This document shows, in pieces, positions 58,056 through 64,000 of a stretch of DNA of 64,000 bases. The DNA lies in NCBI GenBank assembly GCA_041650915.1, contig JBAZKE010000003.1, positions 149,226 to 213,225 of the forward strand, in the 5' to 3' direction. Both the position numbers and the translations under genes were made by a program. The notes beneath the pieces were generated by a model. That model was given only the letters and a program-made list of their open reading frames with translations, searched no databases and had not been told where the DNA came from. Position 1 is the stretch's first letter, and every line of letters begins with the position of its first letter. The DNA comes from Patescibacteria group bacterium (GTDB taxonomy: Bacteria; Patescibacteriota; Patescibacteriia; UBA10025; JAHIVO01).

Positions 58056-58934
58056 TTAGTTGTACAGTCCAACCCGAATCGTGAGCGTAGCAAGCATGAG
58101 GAATACCATGCCTATATCAACGTAGCGGTAGTAGTTTTCAAACCGCCCGCCGCGCACGAGTTTCCACCCCAGGTGCAACGGGAAGTACATGCCCAAGCAG
58201 TACAGTACGATGATGATGAACGGATACGATTCCCTTGCCGAAATCCAAATAGGATGGTCCGGCACTGAGAGCGGCAAGAACTGTGTGGCATACGCGAGGA
58301 TGCAGACCGAGGCCAGCAGCACCATGCCGGCGATCCGGAGCGTTGGTTTAATGCCGAGGGACATGACCATCGTAAAGCGTTTGCCGCGGTTTGCATCCCG
58401 GTCAATGACATCCTTGAGAATCTCCCTGGCAAGATAGGCGCCGTAGATGGCCGCGACCAGATAGGGTACGATCGGATGCATTCGGTGGCCGGAGAGCCAC
58501 CCAGCGGCTACCGGAGTCGAGCAAACGAATGCAATCACCAGATTTTTCCAAGGCCAAAATTGGTCCAGAAAATTGGCGTAGAGCATGATCGTCAGAAAAT
58601 TGAATACCGCAATCCACAAACACCCAGTCGGCAGGTAGGCGAGCGCGATGAGAATCGAGCCAGCAAAGAGCAGGCTGCCGATCGAGATTAAGAGCCACGG
58701 ACGCGCTACGGTCACCGGATCGTACCATTTCCGCTTGTAGATATCCGCGCGCCTGCCGTAGTGGAATAAGCTGGAACCCATGCAGCTGCAGACCATGCAG
58801 AACGCAACAGCCACTTTTGGCGTACTGAACCACAGTGGCCCGTTCGATAAGAGCGCGATCAGCCACGTGCTGATTCCGACAATCAGCGATTGTTCAATGC
58901 GGGCTACTTTATATACATATTTCAAGGTGCCCAT
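58056..58934 (-). CDS. UbiA-family prenyltransferase-like membrane protein (divergent)
   Basis: WKNLVIA, REILKDVIDRDAN; many TM helices; TTGACA-17-TAAAAT promoter; GGAGG SD. Confidence 0.7.
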   Translation of the reverse strand: MGTLKYVYKVARIEQSLIVGISTWLIALLSNGPLWFSTPKVAVAFCMVCSCMGSSLFHYGRRADIYKRKWYDPVTVARPWLLISIGSLLFAGSILIALAYLPTGCLWIAVFNFLTIMLYANFLDQFWPWKNLVIAFVCSTPVAAGWLSGHRMHPIVPYLVAAIYGAYLAREILKDVIDRDANRGKRFTMVMSLGIKPTLRIAGMVLLASVCILAYATQFLPLSVPDHPIWISARESYPFIIIVLYCLGMYFPLHLGWKLVRGGRFENYYRYVDIGMVFLMLATLTIRVGLYN

Positions 58935-59068
58935 GATTCCTCCCAAAGGTTTTTTGTTTCTATGTTTAGTCAGTGATTTTAATAAAAAGGAGAGCGGCTG
59001 TCAACTGAGGGGGTGCCGCTGCGGTTTTTATCTGCTGTGCTATACTGTATGCGGAGGGAATTGAGACT

Positions 59069-59659
59069 ATGTCAATCAAGCTGGTACGTAATTTTTTGAC
59101 TGATCACGGGCTGTACACGGTGCTGCGTGACGAGCGGATGAGGCGTATCTGCATTGAGGTATCAAAAATACCGTTCGGCGAGGGGCGGACGGTTGAAGAG
59201 GTTCTGGGTACGAAGCATGCCGGGACGTGTACAGGCAAGCATAGCGTGCTGCAGGCCTGTTTTGATGCGCTCAACATTGAATACCGCCCAGTAGTATGTG
59301 TATTCCGCTGGGACGAACAGGGAATTGAATTTCCGCTGCACCTCCGCCAAATTCTCAGTGAGGGGGCGTGGGGGCACGGGCATGACTTCGTGCAGGTGCG
59401 GGACCGGTTCCGCAACTGGATTGACGTCGATGTGACGTTTGATTCTGCGCTCTCTAATTACGGATTCCGAAGTTTTCCGCAAGACTGGGACGGCGCTCAG
59501 CCTTTTCTCGGGGTGCACAATATTATTAAGCGCTGGGATGATGCCAATGTGGATGCTCTCAAGCGGGAGTTCGTGGACGCGCTGACCCCCGAGGTCCGTG
59601 AGCGGCGCGAGCGGTTCCTCACTGCGCTCTTCGCGTGGCTTCAGAAGGTGCGAAGGTAG
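59069..59659 (+). CDS. Transglutaminase-like protein
   Basis: GTCTGKH, HDFVQV, WIDVDVTFD (Cys-His-Asp pattern). Confidence 0.7.
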   Translation: MSIKLVRNFLTDHGLYTVLRDERMRRICIEVSKIPFGEGRTVEEVLGTKHAGTCTGKHSVLQACFDALNIEYRPVVCVFRWDEQGIEFPLHLRQILSEGAWGHGHDFVQVRDRFRNWIDVDVTFDSALSNYGFRSFPQDWDGAQPFLGVHNIIKRWDDANVDALKREFVDALTPEVRERRERFLTALFAWLQKVRR

Positions 59660-59711
59660 CCCTTGATTTTTTACATGCGCTGTAGTAAGGTAATGTACTG
59701 GAGCATATATA

Positions 59712-60069
59712 ATGCATACGCATATGGAGCGCGGTGAAATGCCATTTGAACACAATCCGGATGGCGGAATCGAGCGGCAGATCGAGGCGGAGGAAGCACG
59801 CCTCGAAGAGCTTACGCGGCTCAGGAATGAGATCGAAGCAGCTGAGCCTGAGGATGCATAGCCCTATGTCACCGATTCAACAGACGTGCCTGGTAGCCAT
59901 TGAGCAGATTACCCTCCTGTACGAGGACAAAGAAGAGATGCGGCAGGAAATCCGCACGCTTGGATTTACCATTGAGCTCAAAGAGAAGCTCATCCGGCAC
60001 CTCGACAAGGAGATCGAGCGGTCGAACGCTACAATCAAAGATCTCAAGAACAAGCAGGCATCATCATGA
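59712..60069 (+). pseudogene. Frameshifted or split helical hypothetical gene
   Basis: Frame A 59712-59861 (…IERQIEAEEARLEELTRLRNEIEAAEPEDA*) continues in the +1 frame as HSPMSPIQQ...KQASS to 60069. Confidence 0.45.
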
Positions 60070-60725
60070 GTGCCGGCATCGTTGGGATCTACAAACCGAA
60101 GGGCCCGACATCCCACGATATCATCGACCAGCTGCGGAGGATAACTGGCGTACAAAGAATCGGGCATGCAGGAACCCTCGACCCGCTCGCGGAGGGTGTT
60201 TTGGTCGTGGGGATCGGCAGGGACGCCACGAAGCAACTCGATGAAGCGGTGCAAAAAGAGAAAGAGTATGAGGCAACGATCACCCTCGGTGCCGAGAGCA
60301 CGACGGACGATGCGCAGGGGGAGCTGCGGACGGTACCTATCAGCCGGATTCCAGCGCGTGATGAGGTAGAACGTGCCGCCCTGCAGTTTACGGGCGAAAT
60401 CGAGCAGCTGCCTCCGCAATATAGCTCGGTTAAGGTAGGGGGCAAACCTGCGCACCGGCGGGTACGCCGTGGAGAATCGGTTACGCTCGGTCCGCGCCAG
60501 GTTACGGTAAAAAATATTGCTATGGAATCGTACAGCTGGCCTCAGCTGAAACTCCGGGTGGTGACTGGCCCCGGTGTCTACATGCGCTCTCTCGCACGCG
60601 ATATCGGGCGGGCACTCGGCGTAGGCGGGTACCTGAGCGCCCTCATAAGGATGCGCGTCGGGGAGTACTCGGCAAGCACCGCACTGACTGTCGAGCAGTT
60701 CAGCGAGCGCTTTCGCACTGCTTAA
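60066..60725 (+). CDS. truB: tRNA pseudouridine(55) synthase, short form
   Basis: KPKGPTSHD, GHAGTLDPLA, PPQYS, YMRSL. Confidence 0.95.
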   Translation: MSAGIVGIYKPKGPTSHDIIDQLRRITGVQRIGHAGTLDPLAEGVLVVGIGRDATKQLDEAVQKEKEYEATITLGAESTTDDAQGELRTVPISRIPARDEVERAALQFTGEIEQLPPQYSSVKVGGKPAHRRVRRGESVTLGPRQVTVKNIAMESYSWPQLKLRVVTGPGVYMRSLARDIGRALGVGGYLSALIRMRVGEYSASTALTVEQFSERFRTA

Positions 60726-60763
60726 CGCCGCGCTGCCGGTACGGTATACTGGGGGTATGTACT

Positions 60764-61645
60764 ATGCCTCGTTCTTATTACTTCATCATTAATCCCGCAG
60801 CTGGCAAGGGGAAGCGGCTCAGCATTATTCCGGATATTCAGGCGTTTTGCAGGCGCAACGCTTTTCGGTTTGAAACGGTGATGACCAAGCAGGCGGGTGA
60901 CGCGACTCAGATGGCGCGTGCGGCTGCGAGCTCCAACGACGTTATCGTCGCAGTCGGCGGGGACGGAACGGTGAATGAGGTCGTAAACGGGATCGCCGGT
61001 ACGGGTACGGAGTTCGGCATTATTCCGACCGGATCGGGAAACGATTTTGCCCATCTGCTCGGCATACGCACGAAGCACCAGGCTTTCCGTGCGCTGGCAC
61101 GGGGGACCGTCCGGAAGATTGATCTTGGCCAGCTTAATGGCGAACGGTACTTCATAAATGCTGCCGGCGTCGGTTTTGACGGCGACGTTGCGGCGCGGGT
61201 CCGCACGTTCCTCAAGTACTCAAGGGGTTTTGTCGCGTACCTGCTCGCTGTACTGAGGACGCTGATCGCCTACCGGTTTAGCAGGGTCAGGGTGGAGCTC
61301 GATAATGGCAGGGTATTTGAGAAGCAGGTTTTGCTCGTCGCGGCGTGCAACGGCACGACGTACGGCGGCGGGTTTTATATCGCTCCATCCGCAAAGATAG
61401 ACGACAGCGTGCTGACTGTTTGCATCATCGACCGTGCGAGCCGGCTCTACATCCTCCGCTGCATCCCCAAGATACTCAAAGGAACGCACGTGTCGCTCGG
61501 GATCGTCCATACGTACACGACGACCAAGCTTGACATTACGTGCGAACAGCCGGCAGCCGCCCAGGTTGACGGTGAGGTGCTGCCGAAGAGCAGGACGTTT
61601 TCCATAAAAATTATTCCTGCTGCACTGAGCGTGCTGACGCCGTAG
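60764..61645 (+). CDS. Diacylglycerol kinase family lipid kinase (YegS/DgkB-like)
   Basis: NPAAG, GGDGTVNE, PTGSGNDF, VDGE. Confidence 0.92.
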   Translation: MPRSYYFIINPAAGKGKRLSIIPDIQAFCRRNAFRFETVMTKQAGDATQMARAAASSNDVIVAVGGDGTVNEVVNGIAGTGTEFGIIPTGSGNDFAHLLGIRTKHQAFRALARGTVRKIDLGQLNGERYFINAAGVGFDGDVAARVRTFLKYSRGFVAYLLAVLRTLIAYRFSRVRVELDNGRVFEKQVLLVAACNGTTYGGGFYIAPSAKIDDSVLTVCIIDRASRLYILRCIPKILKGTHVSLGIVHTYTTTKLDITCEQPAAAQVDGEVLPKSRTFSIKIIPAALSVLTP

Positions 61646-61648
61646 CCT

Positions 61649-62623
61649 ATGCCGCCGAAGCCCAAGGATGCAATAAAAGATTGGAAAAAACACGCCGCAA
61701 CGTGGCGTGAGTTTGCCGACCTCATCGTATCAGTTGAGTCGATCCTCCGCGAACAGCACAGCACCGGAAGGGGGAAGCTCAAAAAGAGCATTCCAGAAAT
61801 CAGTTCCGCGGAACCTTTCTTGAGTTTTCCGGTCGTATATTTGCCGCAACGGGGCGAGGCAATTTTTATCGGCGATACGCACGGCGATTCTGCCGCGACG
61901 ACGTCAATACTGAAGCAGGAGCGGTTTGCCGAGCGTGTTGAGCGGGGAGAGGCGGTGTACCTCGTTTACCTCGGCGACTACGCAGATCGCGGTAAAGAGG
62001 ACGTACGGAATATTGAGCTCATCCTGAACCTGAAGCAGTGCTACCCCGAGAATACCTTCATACTTCGGGGCAACCACGAGGAAGTCGCGATGGGGCAGTC
62101 GTACGGGTTGCTCGGCTCCTGCATCCGGCACTTTGACTACGACAACGGGCAGTACGTATTCCGGAGGCTCAATGACCTATTCGAGAAGTTCGCGGCCGTC
62201 GCTGTATGCGCGAACGGCGTGGTGGCGCTCCACGGCGGCATTCCGGTCGGAGGCGTCAGCTCCCTCAAGCAGCTGCACGACGACGATATCCTCGAGCAGA
62301 TCCGGTGGAACGACCCGACGGACCAGACGGACGGATTCGTATTCAACCACAACCGCGGCATGAACTACCTGTTCGGCCGTGACGTATTCAGCAAATTTAT
62401 GAAAGCAATCGGCGGGTCGGTCCTCATCCGTTCGCACGAGTACGTTGCAGCCGGGTATAAGTTCATGTTCGACGGCCGTATCCTTAGCATTTTTTCAAAC
62501 GGCGGAGCCAGCACCGAAAGCGGGTACCGGGACTTCATCCTGACCCCGAAGTACGCGAAGGTCAGCCTTGCAGACAGCATCAAGCGGTGGTCGAATAAAA
62601 ACGTTATCGGCGTACGGTACTAG
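61649..62623 (+). CDS. PPP-family Ser/Thr protein phosphatase
   Basis: GDTHG, GDYADRG, RGNHE, HGG, WNDP, RSHE, SIFS. Confidence 0.88.
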   Translation: MPPKPKDAIKDWKKHAATWREFADLIVSVESILREQHSTGRGKLKKSIPEISSAEPFLSFPVVYLPQRGEAIFIGDTHGDSAATTSILKQERFAERVERGEAVYLVYLGDYADRGKEDVRNIELILNLKQCYPENTFILRGNHEEVAMGQSYGLLGSCIRHFDYDNGQYVFRRLNDLFEKFAAVAVCANGVVALHGGIPVGGVSSLKQLHDDDILEQIRWNDPTDQTDGFVFNHNRGMNYLFGRDVFSKFMKAIGGSVLIRSHEYVAAGYKFMFDGRILSIFSNGGASTESGYRDFILTPKYAKVSLADSIKRWSNKNVIGVRY

Positions 62624-62695
62624 CCCTTTACGTATGCGGAAACTGTGCTATACTTGAAAGTACAATTTTTCAGCTTTTTTTAAATACCGCACCCT

Positions 62696-63754
62696 ATGCC
62701 AGGCCACCCGCTCCCTCTGGGATTAACCTACGATGACGTACTGCTCGAACCGAGAAAATCAGGCGTGAACCGGAACGAGGTGGATCTTGGTGCGCAGCTG
62801 ACCACAAAGGTTCGGCTCGGCATTCCGATTCTCGCCTCTGCGATGGATACGGTCAGCGAGGTGAAGATGGCGGTCGCACTCGGCAGGCTCGGGGGTATGG
62901 CCGTCCTCCACCGGAGCTGCTCTATCGCCGAGCAGGTGGCGATGGCGGAGAAGGTAAAGCGCGAGAAGCTCCTCTGCGGAGCGGCAGTCGGCCCCCACGA
63001 TATGGAACGTGCACGGAAGCTCGATAGGGCGCGCGTGGACGTTATTTTTATTGACGTAGCGCATGCGTACATGACGCATGTCCTTCGCGATGCGCGCAAA
63101 ATGAAACGTGCTATCCGCGCGCAGCTCGTCGTCGGCAACATTGCGACACGGGAAGCGGCGCTCGAGCTCGCCACGTTTGCTGATGCGATCAAGGTTGGCG
63201 TCGGTCCGGGTTCGATCTGCATCACGCGGATCGTCACCGGCGTCGGCGTGCCGCAACTCACCGCACTCCAGAACGTGGTAGCTGCCGTGAAGAGCAAGGT
63301 CCCCGTTATCGCAGACGGCGGCATTAAGTACTCCGGCGATATCGTAAAAGCGCTCGCCGCTGGGGCATCGTCGGTCATGCTCGGATCAATGCTTTCGGGC
63401 ACCGCAGAAGCGCCGGGCAAGATAATCACGATCCGCGGTAAAAAATACAAGTCATACCGTGGCATGGGCAGCATCGGCGTGATGGAGAAGCGAAAATCGG
63501 CCGACCGCTACTCGCAGCGTGGCGCTGAGCGGTTCGTGCCTGAAGGCGTCGAAGGTATCGTGCCGTTCAAAGGCCCGGTTGGCGACATCGTCTGGCATAT
63601 GGTCGGCGGGGTACGGAGCGGCATGGGGTACCTCGGCGCGAATGCCATCGCAGACCTGCCAAAACGCGCCCGCTTCATCCAGCTCACCAGCGCGAGCCTC
63701 AGGGAATCCCACCCGCACACCGTGACTATCAGCAAGAAAGCCCCGAATTACTAA
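62696..63754 (+). CDS. guaB: IMP dehydrogenase lacking CBS domains
   Basis: AMDTV, KVGVGPGSICITR, IADGG, YRGMGS, PEGVEG. Confidence 0.9.
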   Translation: MPGHPLPLGLTYDDVLLEPRKSGVNRNEVDLGAQLTTKVRLGIPILASAMDTVSEVKMAVALGRLGGMAVLHRSCSIAEQVAMAEKVKREKLLCGAAVGPHDMERARKLDRARVDVIFIDVAHAYMTHVLRDARKMKRAIRAQLVVGNIATREAALELATFADAIKVGVGPGSICITRIVTGVGVPQLTALQNVVAAVKSKVPVIADGGIKYSGDIVKALAAGASSVMLGSMLSGTAEAPGKIITIRGKKYKSYRGMGSIGVMEKRKSADRYSQRGAERFVPEGVEGIVPFKGPVGDIVWHMVGGVRSGMGYLGANAIADLPKRARFIQLTSASLRESHPHTVTISKKAPNY

Positions 63755-63765
63755 GCTCGATACGT

Positions 63766-64000
63766 ATGCCAAAAAAAACCAGCAAGCCACGCGCAGAACT
63801 CCACGCGCATCTCGGGGCATCGGTCGATCCCGCGATCCTCTGGTCAATTGCGCACAGCCAGGGCATACGGCTCCCGAGCAAGGATTATTGGGATTTTGAA
63901 GACATGATTACGATGTCGGGCAGCGAGCGCAACAAGACGCTCGACGACATGCACAATAACTACTTCTTCTGGACTGAGCTCATCCAGTCATCGCCCGATG
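63766..64000 (+). CDS. Adenosine deaminase family protein, 5' part (runs off window)
   Basis: MPKK...AELHAHLGASVDPAILW (HxH metal motif); follows guaB. Confidence 0.75.
   Translation, partial: MPKKTSKPRAELHAHLGASVDPAILWSIAHSQGIRLPSKDYWDFEDMITMSGSERNKTLDDMHNNYFFWTELIQSSPD

Overview
This 64 kb window is bacterial chromosome with GC-rich coding sequence. Gene content points to Patescibacteria/CPR: TrbC/VirB2-like pilins, a lone VirD4/TraD-like ATPase, short AspRS, HrcA, TruB and IMPDH, C39-like peptidases and PsbP-like surface proteins. The backbone is housekeeping: P-type ATPase, asnS, aspS, cysS, scpAB, tpiA-fba-gap, an ABC exporter, a CIRCE-controlled hrcA-grpE-hsp20-dnaK operon, dnaJ, dnaX, truB, guaB, tRNA-Glu(CUC) and tRNA-Gln(CUG). 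The most unusual signal is non-coding. At about 34.2-37.1 kb the minus strand holds a tandem series of self-contained sigma70 promoter to intrinsic terminator units. Several carry no credible ORF, and two adjacent ones share a sequence motif and a terminator-promoter junction with covarying stems, which suggests a small-RNA array. The same cassette layout (TTGACA-N16/17-TAnnnT, strong Shine-Dalgarno, own terminator) marks about ten ORFan genes in the window, whereas many core genes have short leaders without a clear SD. Other points of note are a structured ~100-nt insert between direct repeats of the tRNA-Gln 3' end, an AT-rich Schlafen/AlbA_2 gene beside REP-like palindromes, a Zn-ribbon insertion in CysRS, a membrane-anchored single-AAA Clp ATPase, a degenerate UbiA protein and a PP1-like phosphatase. 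All calls come from reading the sequence by eye. No database search or folding program was run.
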